Origin: a bacterium | GTDB lineage: Bacteria > UBA8248 > JACPRG01 > G963555815 | DNA: 64,000 bases | Direction of reading: 5' to 3' | Assembly: GCA_965218795.1 (NCBI GenBank) | Contig: OZ244653.1 | Location: 4,288,001-4,352,000, forward strand | Part shown: in pieces, positions 42,105 to 52,404 of the stretch | Layout of the letters: every line of letters starts with the position of its first letter | Position numbering within the stretch: position 1 is the first letter of the stretch | Made by a program: the position numbers and the translations under genes | Notes under the pieces: model-generated | Database searches by the model: none | Seen by the model: only the letters and a program-made list of their open reading frames with translations | What the model was told of the DNA's origin: nothing

Positions 42105-43810
42105 GAGAGTCGGGGCCGATGGGACAAAAAAACTCGGACCTGTCCGATGCGCGAAAACGATGGGAAGAGCACGTCCTGAGCCGGACGCTGGAGCGGTACC
42201 CGGAGTCCCGCGAGGCCTTTCAGACGGAATCGCAGATCCCGATGGAGCGCCTCTACACTCCCGAACATCTCACCGGCGGAGACTACCTTGAGGACTCGGG
42301 CTTCCCTGGCGAAGCCCCTTTTACCCGCGGCATCCAGCCGACCATGTACCGCGGCCGTCTCTGGACGATGCGCCAATACGCCGGGTATGCCTCGGCGGAG
42401 GAATCCAACAAGCGGTACAAGTATCTTCTCGATCAGGGAAATACGGGGCTGAGCGTCGCGTTCGACCTGCCGACGCAGATCGGGTACGACTCCGATCATC
42501 CGTTGGCCGAGGGCGAGGTGGGCCGGGTCGGGGTGGCCATTGACAGTCTTCGGGACATGGAGGCGCTGTTCGACGGCATCCCCCTGGACCGGGTCAGCAC
42601 CTCGATGACCATCAACGCCACGGCCTCCATCCTGATGGCCCTGTACATCGCGGTCGGCGAGAAGCAGGGGGTTCCCCCGGCGAATCTCAGAGGAACGGTC
42701 CAGAACGACATCCTGAAGGAATACATCGCCCGGGGAACCTACATCTACCCGCCCGAGCCTTCTCTTCGTATCATCACCGACATGTTCTCGTATTGCGGGG
42801 AGCACCTGCCCCAATGGAATGCGATCAGCATCAGCGGCTATCACATGCGGGAGGCCGGCTGCACGGCGGTTCAGGAGGTGGCCTTCACCCTGGCCGACGG
42901 TATCGCCTATGTCGAAGCGGCCCGACGGGCGGACCTGGAACCGGATGATCTGGGAAAAAATCTATCGTTCTTCTTCTCCGCCCACAACCATCTCCTGGAA
43001 GAGGTGGCCAAATTCCGCGCGGCGCGGCGTCTTTGGGCGATGATCATGGCCGACCGGTTCGGCGCCAAGTCCGACCGCGCCCGTATGCTCCGCTTCCACA
43101 CCCAGACCGCCGGCGTAACGCTCACCGCCCAACAGCCCCTGACCAACGTGATCCGCGTGGCGGTGCAGGCCCTTTCGGCCGTGCTGGGTGGAACCCAGTC
43201 CCTGCACACGAATTCGTTCGATGAGGCGCTGGCTCTCCCCTCCGAGGAGGCCGTCCGTCTGGCCCTCCGCACTCAGCAAATCCTGGGCTACGAGTCGGGG
43301 GTGACCGAGACCGTCGACCCCTTGGCGGGAAGTTACGCGGTGGAGAGCCTGACGCGGGAAATCGAGACCCGCGCCATGGACTACATCCGCCGGATCGATG
43401 ACATGGGGGGAATGCTGAAGGCCATTGAGCGGGGGTGGGTGCAACGGGAGATTCATGAAGCGGCCTACCGGCGCCAGCGCTCGGTCGAGGATGGCGAGTC
43501 CATTGTGGTCGGGCTCAACGCCCACCGGGAGGAGGAAGGATCCGTGAGCACGAATGGGTCCGAGTCCGATCTCTTGCACATCGACCCGGCTGTAGAATCC
43601 GCGCAGAAGGAAAAGTTGGCTGAATTGAGGCGGGAGAGGGATGGCCAAGCCGTTCAGAAATGTCTGGCCGGGGTGGAGAAGGCGGCGAAGGACTCCTCCA
43701 ATTTGATGCCGCCGATTCTGGACGCCGTACGCGCCTATGCGACGGTCGGCGAGATTGCCGATGCGATGCGAAGGGCGTTCGGCGAGTACGAGCAGTCCGG
43801 CATCGATTGA
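42101..43810 (+). CDS. Methylmalonyl-CoA mutase, substrate-binding (large) subunit without B12-binding domain
   Basis: [27 protein letters not shown] and [10 protein letters not shown] motifs; no DxHxxG motif. Confidence 0.9.
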   Translation: MRESGPMGQKNSDLSDARKRWEEHVLSRTLERYPESREAFQTESQIPMERLYTPEHLTGGDYLEDSGFPGEAPFTRGIQPTMYRGRLWTMRQYAGYASAEESNKRYKYLLDQGNTGLSVAFDLPTQIGYDSDHPLAEGEVGRVGVAIDSLRDMEALFDGIPLDRVSTSMTINATASILMALYIAVGEKQGVPPANLRGTVQNDILKEYIARGTYIYPPEPSLRIITDMFSYCGEHLPQWNAISISGYHMREAGCTAVQEVAFTLADGIAYVEAARRADLEPDDLGKNLSFFFSAHNHLLEEVAKFRAARRLWAMIMADRFGAKSDRARMLRFHTQTAGVTLTAQQPLTNVIRVAVQALSAVLGGTQSLHTNSFDEALALPSEEAVRLALRTQQILGYESGVTETVDPLAGSYAVESLTREIETRAMDYIRRIDDMGGMLKAIERGWVQREIHEAAYRRQRSVEDGESIVVGLNAHREEEGSVSTNGSESDLLHIDPAVESAQKEKLAELRRERDGQAVQKCLAGVEKAAKDSSNLMPPILDAVRAYATVGEIADAMRRAFGEYEQSGID

Positions 43811-43945
43811 CGCCCCGGCTTTACGGCCGACGAATCGCCGGAGAAGCTGGGCTCCAGGCTGATCCTGCCGGACGAATCAAAAATTCGAGGATGATGGAGC
43901 GCCAAGAAAGCCCAGGGAGGGGTGATCGAGTCCTCCCGCGGGTTC

Positions 43946-45097
43946 TTATCCCTGCTTTGAGACATCCTCGAAAAGATAGCCGCAACGGTAGATGGGAACG
44001 CCTTTGCCGCCCCGGAAGTGAATCCGCTCGTCGATGATTTGCGCGGCGATGCCCACCACGCGCGACCACCCGAACAGCAGCGAATAATATTCAGAGTGGG
44101 TCAGGCCGGCCGCATTCAACAACGAGCCGGTGATGGCGTCCACGTTCGGGTAGGGGTTCTGAATTTTCCCGGTTTCTTTCAGGATGTCGGGGGCGACTTC
44201 GCGTAGGGTCAGCGCAATTTGAATGTTCTCGTCATCCGGGAAGTGCTTTTTCCCAACTTCATATCCGATGGTCGCCCGGGCGTCTTCCGCCCGAAGGACC
44301 GCATGGCCGAACCCGAAGACCAGCTTCTTCGTTTTCAGACAATCCTCGATAAATTGATGGACGTGATCCGGATCGGGGTCGCCGACCTCACGGATGAAGT
44401 TCAGCGCGTCCTGGTTGGCTCGGCCGTGGCGGGGGCCGTAGAGCCCCGCCATGGCGGCGGCCATCGACGCGAAGATGTCGGCCAGTCCCGAGGCGACGGC
44501 CTTGCCCGTGAGGGTGCTCAGGTTTCCGCCGCCGTGATCATAGTGCATGATGTGGAACAGGCGCAGGACGCGCTCGAGTTCGGGATGGGCGTCGGGAACC
44601 CCCAACATGTGAACAAAGTTCTCCGTATATCCCAATTCGGGGTTGCTGGGTATCGGATCGCCCCAACCCTCGCGTATCCGGAAGATCGCGGCGACGACCT
44701 CGTTGACCCAGGCGATCAGATTCAGGCCGTCCTCCAGGTAATCCTCCCGCTTTCCCAGCATGCCCAGGGAGAGGAGGCCGGAGATGAACCATTCCATCGG
44801 ATGACCTTTTCGGGGGAGCGCCTTCAGCAGGTCAATGGCCTGTGCGGGACAGCTCTTGGCGCGTTCCACCATATCCGCCTTGAAGGCCGCGGCTTCGTCG
44901 GGGGATGGATCCCGCTTGTTCAGGAGGAGGTACATCACCTGCTCCGGCTCGTGGTCGGCAAGCTCGGAGACCGGACGGCCGACGTAATGGACGCCTTTTA
45001 TAGGGTCCACCCGGCTCGTCCGGACGCGCCCAACAGGAATCCCGCGCAATCCGGTATCCAAGTGGTCTTCCGTCACTTCGAACAATACTTTGCTCAT
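43946..45097 (-). CDS. Citrate synthase
   Basis: DHGGGNLS, GPRHGRAN, GFGHAVLR and PNVD motifs. Confidence 0.9.
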   Translation of the reverse strand: MSKVLFEVTEDHLDTGLRGIPVGRVRTSRVDPIKGVHYVGRPVSELADHEPEQVMYLLLNKRDPSPDEAAAFKADMVERAKSCPAQAIDLLKALPRKGHPMEWFISGLLSLGMLGKREDYLEDGLNLIAWVNEVVAAIFRIREGWGDPIPSNPELGYTENFVHMLGVPDAHPELERVLRLFHIMHYDHGGGNLSTLTGKAVASGLADIFASMAAAMAGLYGPRHGRANQDALNFIREVGDPDPDHVHQFIEDCLKTKKLVFGFGHAVLRAEDARATIGYEVGKKHFPDDENIQIALTLREVAPDILKETGKIQNPYPNVDAITGSLLNAAGLTHSEYYSLLFGWSRVVGIAAQIIDERIHFRGGKGVPIYRCGYLFEDVSKQG

Positions 45098-45397
45098 CGA
45101 TTCGGTCTCCAAACAGTACAGCCGGTCATCTCCCCATCCGGATAACCGCGAGCCGGCTCAGGACGAGAACCTGGGAAGAAGCCTGCTCCGGCACCGGGTC
45201 CGCGCGTTCGCGCACTTCCCGTGGGCCGTCACACACCGTCGCTTCCACCCGTAGACTGATTTTTCCAATTAAGGAACAAGACTCAAATCCGATTCCATGA
45301 TAGCAAAACCGCCCGGGGATGGGTAGGGGCCCGGGGATGATGTCCCGGCGGCGTCTTCTTGGCATGGGCGTTCGGGCCGCCTGGTTTTCGTCCCCCC

Positions 45398-46735
45398 TTA
45401 AATAGGGGATTTGTACTTGAATCCGCGGGTCTTCTCCCCGAATTCCTTTCGCACGCTGCGGAGCGTTGCGGGCCGGGAAATAAGGTCCAGGGCCGTGCAG
45501 GCCAAGACCTTGGCGGCGACGTGCATCCCCTTCCAGCCGATGCCCGAAGCGGCCTGGGCCGTCAACAGCCAGTGATGTTGCGGGGTTCCGAGGGCGCGTG
45601 TGCTGGTCCGAAACATGCCGCACGGGGCGATCCAGCTGACGTTGCCGATGTCGTTCGTTACGGGCATGATGTAATCCTTGCGGACCGGCTCGACGGTCTC
45701 GACCAGGGGATCGTGGAACCCGAGCTTGCGAGCGTATGCCTTGTCCGATCGGCTGAATTGCGGCGCGCCCACCAACCGCAGGTTCTGATCGATCAGTTCG
45801 CCCAGCGTAACGTTGGGGAGCCGGTGATACGTGCCGGTGAACAGATCCATTTTGACCCGGGTCCCCGTGGCCCGGGCGGCCCCCCTGGCGATCCGCTTCA
45901 CTTCGCCGGTGACCTCTTCGGTCTGGCGTCGGGTGGGCGTCCAGATCCAATACCAGGATTTTGCATAGGGGAGGATCACGCCGGGTACCTTGCCGCCGTC
46001 GCTGATGACGTAGTGAATCCCCGTCCCCTCCGGAGTCTGACCTCGCAGCCGGTTGACCCCCTCGTTCATCAACTCCAATGCCCCGAGGGCGCTCCGCGCC
46101 TTCTTCGGGTCGATCATTGCGTGGGCGCTCTCCCCGGTGAACTCGAACGTGATCGAGTCCAGCGCCATGAATGAGCCATAATCTGCGTGGGTGCTGTCGC
46201 CCGGGTGCCAGCTCAGCACGGCGTCGAAGCCGTCAAATACGCCTTCGCGGACCATGACGACCTTGCCCAGGACCATCTCCTCCGCCGGGGTTCCGATGAC
46301 CTGAACGGTCCCCTTCACGCCGCTGCCCTCCAGGGCCTGTTTGAGGGCGATGCCCGCGGTGACGCTGGCCGTACCGAACAGATTGTGGCCGCAGCCGTGG
46401 CCGTCATCGGTCTTCTTCCGCCCGCAGTTGGGGACGGCGTCGTACTCGGCGATGACGGCGATGTTCGGGCGGCCTTTCCCCCATTTTGCGACGAAGGCGG
46501 TCGGCATGCCGGAGACGCCGGTCTCGACCTCAAACCCGGCGGACCGGAGCTCATCGACCAACATCCCGGCCGACTTGTGCTCTTCCAGCCCCATCTCCGG
46601 GGTGTCCCAGATTCTCTGAGCCAGGTCGTTCATGTGGGCGGCCCGCTGATCGATGAACTGGACGGCCTTGCGCTTCAGGGGAGACCAGTCGGCCTTTCCG
46701 GTCTTTTGCGATGTGCTTTTGTGGCGCGTCGCCAT
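45398..46735 (-). CDS. M20 amidohydrolase (AbgB-like)
   Basis: EYDAVP, GHGCGHNL, PAEE, WHP and D.GNVSW motifs. Confidence 0.85.
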   Translation of the reverse strand: MATRHKSTSQKTGKADWSPLKRKAVQFIDQRAAHMNDLAQRIWDTPEMGLEEHKSAGMLVDELRSAGFEVETGVSGMPTAFVAKWGKGRPNIAVIAEYDAVPNCGRKKTDDGHGCGHNLFGTASVTAGIALKQALEGSGVKGTVQVIGTPAEEMVLGKVVMVREGVFDGFDAVLSWHPGDSTHADYGSFMALDSITFEFTGESAHAMIDPKKARSALGALELMNEGVNRLRGQTPEGTGIHYVISDGGKVPGVILPYAKSWYWIWTPTRRQTEEVTGEVKRIARGAARATGTRVKMDLFTGTYHRLPNVTLGELIDQNLRLVGAPQFSRSDKAYARKLGFHDPLVETVEPVRKDYIMPVTNDIGNVSWIAPCGMFRTSTRALGTPQHHWLLTAQAASGIGWKGMHVAAKVLACTALDLISRPATLRSVRKEFGEKTRGFKYKSPI

Positions 46736-46880
46736 CGTGAAACTCCTCCAAAGCTCCTGCGGGAAGGGGTTTTCACAAAACGAGAAGACGGGGACCCCGC
46801 CGGGGGGACTCCGTCCACGAGTTGCTCGTCTCCCAGGCGTCGGAAGCGAAAGTCCGGCCCGCCGCCAAGGGTGCTGTTCC

Positions 46881-47978
46881 TTACCCGAACGGCTTTTCCT
46901 CTTTCAGCCGCTTCGCCGCTTCCTCGACGATGCTGGTGTCGACGATTCGATCGATGGGGGCCTTTTCCTTGACGTAGCCCCGGTAGTCGACCCAGTGCGA
47001 CTGCATTTTGGCGATGGTTTGCTTGTTGGGCTTGCCGTTCGGCACCGTCCACGCCCAGTGAGGCGCGATAGCCTTGAGGATCCCCTTGCCCTTATCTCCC
47101 TTGAACACGGTCAGGTTGGAGAGGATCTCCACGATGTCGGCGTGGGGGGGCTTGGCGCCGGCGGCGGCGTTGAACAGTTTGACCCCCTGGAGCCAGGCCA
47201 TGGCGTAACGCACGAACTTCTCCCTGCCGATGGAGGCCATCTTTTTCTTCGAATACGTGGCGCACGTGATGATCGCGCCAGAGGCGGTCTCGGCGGCCGT
47301 GTCGATGATTTGCCCCTTCTTGGCCTTCTGGAGGAAGAACCCGAAGTGGTAGCCGAGGTTGGAGACGTTGACGCCGCCCTTCATCATCAGCTGCATCGCC
47401 TTGGGCTGGGGGAGTCCGAACTTGATCTGCAGCTTCCGCGGGTCCACGCCGGCGGCCATGTAGGAGTGATCGAGATGATAGTGATTGATGCTGCCCTTGT
47501 CCGAAACGTGAACCGGAAGGTCGGCGATCTTCTTCAGGTCCTTGGCGGTCCGGATGCCCTGGTCGTAGAGCTTCTGGTTGGCGACGGTGACGACGTAGGA
47601 CCGATCCTTTTTGGACTCGGTCCCTCCGTCCAGGAACATCGTCAAGTCCCCGCCCCGCGCCACCGCGTTGAAGAAGCCGGCGGACACGGTCAGACTGCAT
47701 AGATCCAGTTCCCCCGCCAGCAGGGGCGCGACCATCAGGGCGCCGTCGAAAAACCACTTGAATTTCAGGTCGATCCCCATCTTCTTGTAGTAGCCCTTGG
47801 CGAAGGCGACCATGTTGGGGCCTTTGCTGACAAACGGACCTTCGCCGTACACCCATTGCGTCATCTTGGCGGATCGGGACACCCGCGGATTGATGTAGAC
47901 GGGCAGGCTGGCGGCTGCGGCTCCGGCGCCGACCGTCGTGATGAACGTCCGCCGCGTCAATCCCTTTTTCTCGCTCAT
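46881..47978 (-). CDS. ABC substrate-binding protein (NitT/TauT family) with Tat signal
   Basis: TRRTFI twin-arginine leader; KGYY..MGID; in an operon with permease and ATPase. Confidence 0.85.
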   Translation of the reverse strand: MSEKKGLTRRTFITTVGAGAAAASLPVYINPRVSRSAKMTQWVYGEGPFVSKGPNMVAFAKGYYKKMGIDLKFKWFFDGALMVAPLLAGELDLCSLTVSAGFFNAVARGGDLTMFLDGGTESKKDRSYVVTVANQKLYDQGIRTAKDLKKIADLPVHVSDKGSINHYHLDHSYMAAGVDPRKLQIKFGLPQPKAMQLMMKGGVNVSNLGYHFGFFLQKAKKGQIIDTAAETASGAIITCATYSKKKMASIGREKFVRYAMAWLQGVKLFNAAAGAKPPHADIVEILSNLTVFKGDKGKGILKAIAPHWAWTVPNGKPNKQTIAKMQSHWVDYRGYVKEKAPIDRIVDTSIVEEAAKRLKEEKPFG

Positions 47979-48026
47979 CCAATTCCCTCCGTTCCGGTGA
48001 TGGGAGTCCGGCCGGCGGCCGGCGCT

Positions 48027-48872
48027 TCAACGCTCCCGCGAATCAAAAGCCCAATTGGCAAACCGGTTGTCCACCCAGTCCTGGGCTTTGGTAACGACGA
48101 TTCCCAGAATCGCCATGACAAACAGCGTTGCAAAGATTTTTTCGGTCTCCAGGATCGACCCCGCCTCGATCAGTATCCGCCCCAGACCGTTTTGGCTCGC
48201 GATCATCTCCGAAGCGACCGTGAGGATGATGGCCACGCCCATCCCCAGCCGGAATCCCGCAAAGATGCTGGGCACGGCGGCGGGGATCATGACTTCCATC
48301 TGGATCCTGCGCTCGTCGGCCCCGAGGTCCCGCGCGGCCTTGACCAGGCCCTCGTCGACCTGCCGGAGGCCCGCATAGGTGTTGATCACGATGGGGAAAA
48401 ACGCCGCCAGGCCGCTGACCACGAGCTTGTACGCCTCACCCGACCCCAGCCAGATGATGAGCAGGGGGATCAGGGTGATCTTCGGCAGGGGGTACATGGC
48501 CGCGATCAAAGGGTCGCACACATTCTGAAAGGTCTTGGACATCCCCATCCCGATGCCGATGGCGACGCCGCAGATGGCCGCCCCGAGAAACCCGGAGAGG
48601 ATGCGCAGGACTGTCATCAGCGTGTTCCAGGGAAGCGTGCCGTCCAGAATCATGCTCCAGAAGGTCTGGAGGATGAAAGAAACCGACGGCAGGAAGATCG
48701 GCTCGATCCCCATCCCCCGTACGATGGCCTCCCAGACGATCAGAACGCCCACGATCGTCGCAATCTGGATAACCCGGGAGCGCCGCTGAACCCGCTTGGC
48801 CCCTCCCGCGGCGGTTTCCTCGCCTGAGATGCGCCGCTCGCGCTCTTGCTGCGGAATGGTTTCGGTGGTCAC
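48027..48872 (-). CDS. ABC permease (NitT/TauT family)
   Basis: [13 protein letters not shown]-like AARDLGA and E(M)IAS..GLG motifs. Confidence 0.9.
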   Translation of the reverse strand: MTTETIPQQERERRISGEETAAGGAKRVQRRSRVIQIATIVGVLIVWEAIVRGMGIEPIFLPSVSFILQTFWSMILDGTLPWNTLMTVLRILSGFLGAAICGVAIGIGMGMSKTFQNVCDPLIAAMYPLPKITLIPLLIIWLGSGEAYKLVVSGLAAFFPIVINTYAGLRQVDEGLVKAARDLGADERRIQMEVMIPAAVPSIFAGFRLGMGVAIILTVASEMIASQNGLGRILIEAGSILETEKIFATLFVMAILGIVVTKAQDWVDNRFANWAFDSRER

Positions 48873-49669
48873 GTCGCCAGCGCCTCTCCTGCCATGCTCT
48901 TCTCCACCTCTTCCTTGATGAGGTAGTAAATCCGGTTGAACAGATCTCCGAATGCGTGGGAGTTGACGTCATCCAGCGACCGCGGCCGGGGCAGATCGAT
49001 GGGCACGACGGCTTTGATCCGGCCCGGCCGGGCGGTCATCACAACGACCTCATCCGCGAGGAGGATCGATTCCTCGATGGCATGGGTGACGAAGATGACC
49101 GTCTTGTTCGTCTGAAGGTAGAGCCGCTGGACCTCCTCCTGCATGACGATCTTGGTCTGGGCGTCCAGGGCGCCGAACGGCTCGTCCATCAACAGGATAT
49201 CGGGGTCCTTGATGAGGGCCCTCGCCAGACCGACCCGCTGTTTCATCCCGCCGGAAAGCTGTTTGGGCAGCTTGCTCTCGAACCCTTTCAAACCCACGAA
49301 GTCGACGTACTCCTGCGCCCGGCCGTATCGGCTCGCTCTGTCCATCCCGTCCATTTTGAGGCCGAAGGCGATGTTGTCGATGACGTTCAGCCAGGGGAAC
49401 AGGTTGAAGTTCTGCCAGACCATCGTGGAATCGTCGCCCAGACCGGCCGCCCGTCCGGTTTCCGGGTCTACGACGTCGATGGTTCCTCCCGTCCGGGAGC
49501 TCAATCCCGCGATGATTTGCAGCAGGCTGCTCTTGCCGCACCCGGAGGGGCCGAGGAGGCAGGTGAACCGGTGGGACGCGAATGTGTGAGTCACGGACTC
49601 CAGCGCCGCGACCGGTTCATCCGTCTCGATACCCCAAACCTTTGAAACACTCTTGACCTGAACTTCCAT
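48869..49669 (-). CDS. ABC ATPase (NitT/TauT family)
   Basis: [16 protein letters not shown] and [12 protein letters not shown] motifs. Confidence 0.93.
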   Translation of the reverse strand: MEVQVKSVSKVWGIETDEPVAALESVTHTFASHRFTCLLGPSGCGKSSLLQIIAGLSSRTGGTIDVVDPETGRAAGLGDDSTMVWQNFNLFPWLNVIDNIAFGLKMDGMDRASRYGRAQEYVDFVGLKGFESKLPKQLSGGMKQRVGLARALIKDPDILLMDEPFGALDAQTKIVMQEEVQRLYLQTNKTVIFVTHAIEESILLADEVVVMTARPGRIKAVVPIDLPRPRSLDDVNSHAFGDLFNRIYYLIKEEVEKSMAGEALAT

Positions 49670-49826
49670 CGGCCTTTCTTAAGGATTAACCGGAGAGGCG
49701 CAAGGACCAGCCGACATCGAGCGCAATCTGCCATGTCTGTTTCGGTGGAACATCAAATCATATCAAATTCGCCAAGTCCCGAAAACCGGCAATACATTGA
49801 TCTTGGGCGGAAACCGGGATTACGCC

Positions 49827-51239
49827 TCACTTCCTGTTCGACCAGTTGGGCCGGCTTCGGACCGAATGTCCCGTCTTCTCGGCGATGGTCCGGCCCCGCC
49901 GGGTAGCCTCCTGAATCACCTCGTCCACGTCCGTGAACTCGGTAAACCGCCCTTCCCGCAGGACGGGCCTCCCGTCGATCAAGACCGTGTGGGCATCCGA
50001 GCCGTGCCCGCAGCAAATAAAGTTGGAAATCGGTTTGTGAACCACCTGGACGTGCGGACCGGTCATGTCGAAAACAGCGACATCCGCCCGCTTGCCCGGT
50101 TCCAGCGAGCCGATCTCACCCTCCATCCCCAATGCCGCGGCGCCGTTGATGGTGGCCATCTCCAGCGACTCCTCCAGCGGCATCAGGCCGGGATCCAAGT
50201 GACGGATGTGCTGAAACATGGTGCATGCCTTCATCTGCTCCACCATGTCCACGGAATAATCCACCATCGGGCCATCCGTCCCCAGACAGACGTTGACCCC
50301 GGCCTCCGCGGCCCGGGCCGCGGGAACGATTCCCCCGCCCCGCATGGACTCGCTCGTGGGCGTGTAGACGAGGGGGGAGCCGGCTTCCTTCATCATGGCG
50401 ATGTCGGTTTCGCTGATGTGTATCCCGTGGATCATGAGCCAGTGGTCGTCCAGGCAGCCACTCTCCATCAGATAAGCGACGTCGGTGCGGCCGGTCTCAC
50501 GAAGGTATTTCAGGTACCCCATCTCCATGGAGAGGCTCCCGCCCGAGACGTGGTCGCTGATCTTGAGGTCCTTCTCCCTGGCCATGCGGTAGCCGGTCTC
50601 GATAAGCTCCGCGGAGCTCATCCCCGCGGCCACCCAGTGGGCGTTGGACTCAATGACGAGCGCCATGCGGATGAGTCCGTCCCTCGCCCCGTCCCAACGG
50701 TCCACCAGCTCGCCGATGTACTGCTCGGCATCTTCCAGCGAGTGGTGATGGTCCGGGTTTCCGGGCGTCCGGCAGCGGAAGTCCTTGGCGAACACCTGGC
50801 GGAATCCCACTTCGGCCATGGGCTCGACCGTGGCCGCCGTTTCCTCTTCCATGGTCGAGGTGATCGAGTGATTGAGGCAGCAGGTCGTCCCCGTGCGAAC
50901 CATCTCCAGGGCGGACAGGTAGGCCGAGGCCCGGAGGTCTTCGGCGGTCAGAAGCTGGACGACCGGCAGGACGAAGCTGAACACCCACGGTTCGAGGATC
51001 ATGCCGTCGCACAGCCCCTTGAACAGATTGTACCAGTGGTGCTGATGCATATTGATCAAGCCCGGCAGCACGATCATGCCTTGGGCGTCCAAGGTGTCCT
51101 CATAAGGGCTTTCGGGCAGATCCGAGGCCGGGCCCACGGCCTCGATTTTCCCGTCCGCAACGGCGACGAACCCGTCGTCAAATACCTCCCGGTCGGCATT
51201 CATCGTGACGACGTACCCGTTCTTGATCAGAAAGCTCAT
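49827..51239 (-). CDS. Metal-dependent amidohydrolase (MtaD/SsnA/Atz-like)
   Basis: PGLINMHQH, IHG.H, LGTDG, ATINGA and GSLEPGKRAD motifs; GGAGG RBS before ATG 51239. Confidence 0.88.
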   Translation of the reverse strand: MSFLIKNGYVVTMNADREVFDDGFVAVADGKIEAVGPASDLPESPYEDTLDAQGMIVLPGLINMHQHHWYNLFKGLCDGMILEPWVFSFVLPVVQLLTAEDLRASAYLSALEMVRTGTTCCLNHSITSTMEEETAATVEPMAEVGFRQVFAKDFRCRTPGNPDHHHSLEDAEQYIGELVDRWDGARDGLIRMALVIESNAHWVAAGMSSAELIETGYRMAREKDLKISDHVSGGSLSMEMGYLKYLRETGRTDVAYLMESGCLDDHWLMIHGIHISETDIAMMKEAGSPLVYTPTSESMRGGGIVPAARAAEAGVNVCLGTDGPMVDYSVDMVEQMKACTMFQHIRHLDPGLMPLEESLEMATINGAAALGMEGEIGSLEPGKRADVAVFDMTGPHVQVVHKPISNFICCGHGSDAHTVLIDGRPVLREGRFTEFTDVDEVIQEATRRGRTIAEKTGHSVRSRPNWSNRK

Positions 51240-51746
51240 CGTTCCTCCATTCTTTTTGAGGGGACATTTTGGAGGCAACGCGCCTCTGCGATTTCGCGGC
51301 GCCCGCAAGGCGCCGCAGCCGGGCTGGATGAGGGAACCGGATTTGATTCAACCCGAGTGCCCGGCGAAACCGGAGCAGGCCGTGCCTGCCCCCATTTGGC
51401 AAAGGAGACGTTTTGAGCGGATTCTCGATGCGTCTCATTCGTGATCCTTACCCGACTCGGGCCTCACTGAGCAAGAGATGTCGTCATTCACTGGGAACCT
51501 GGAATCTGCGAAATCCGTGGATCCAATTTTTTGCTCTGAATTCTCGCCCAAAGCCAAAAGCCAAATAGAAAGTCCTTGCCCAGCAAGGAAAATTTGGGTT
51601 TGTTTGGTCCTTTTTTAATGTTGAGCGCATGAATTCCGCCTTCGAGGCAAGGAGGCGGAGGGTGACGGCAGGGAGTCCTCTGGCCCCCTCAGTCGATTCC
51701 CGATGATTCTTCCCGAAATGATCTTCATACGTATTGTCCAATCTGG

Positions 51747-52284
51747 GGCCTGTTAGCACTAATGGGTGGGGTTATGTTATCCTTTGCGGATGGAGATCAC
51801 CCAAGCTCAGTACGAACGCATTGCACCCTCCCTGCCGGTGCAACGCGGCAACGTCAGCGTGTCGAACCTGCAAGTGCTCAACGCCATCCTGTACGTCGCC
51901 GAGCATGGCTGCAAGTGGCGGGGGCTGCCGACCCGGTTCGGCAACTGACACACCATCTACACCCGGATGAACCGCTGGTCCAAAAACGGGGTGATCGACC
52001 GGGTCTTCGAGCAGCTGCAGCGGGAACGGATCATGCGCATCAAGCTCGAGGCGGTGTCGCTGGACAGCACCATCGTCAAGGTCCATCCCGATGGAACGGG
52101 CGCGCTACAAAAAACGGCCCTGACGTTCTCGCTGTCGCCCGGACAGGCCCACGATGCGTCGGAAGGGCGCAAGCTGCTGAACCGCTTGGGTCGGCGGTCG
52201 GGCAACCCGTCCCTGGTGATGGATCGCGCATACGAGGGCAGCGAGACACGCCAACTGGCCTTGGCGCTGGGGTACACGCCCTAG
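51747..52284 (+). mobile_element. IS5-family (IS427-like) transposase pseudogene
   Basis: GCKWRGLP..FGN*HTIYTR with in-frame TGA at 51946-51948; SLDSTIVKVH; A7 frameshift run followed by an internal deletion; truncated after MDRAYEG. Probable left end GGCCTGTTAGCACTA. Confidence 0.88.
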
Positions 52285-52289
52285 TCGTG

Positions 52290-52326
52290 CGCAAGAGGCC
52301 GGCGCAGAAAGCGCCGGCCTCTTGCG
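52290..52326. repeat. Perfect 16-bp hairpin (terminator or REP-like)
   Basis: CGCAAGAGGCCGGCGC-AGAAA-GCGCCGGCCTCTTGCG. Confidence 0.7.
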
Positions 52327-52404
52327 GAATTGAAAGTTTTCGAGGGGGGTTTGGGGGGCAGTTTTCAAAATGCCCCCCAAAAAAAGAGACTCAATCGAAT
52401 CTTT

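Noticed and set aside
51240-51745. Possible riboswitch upstream of the amidohydrolase operon
   Set aside because: Only short hairpins and AAAGCC repeats; I could not identify any known aptamer consensus.
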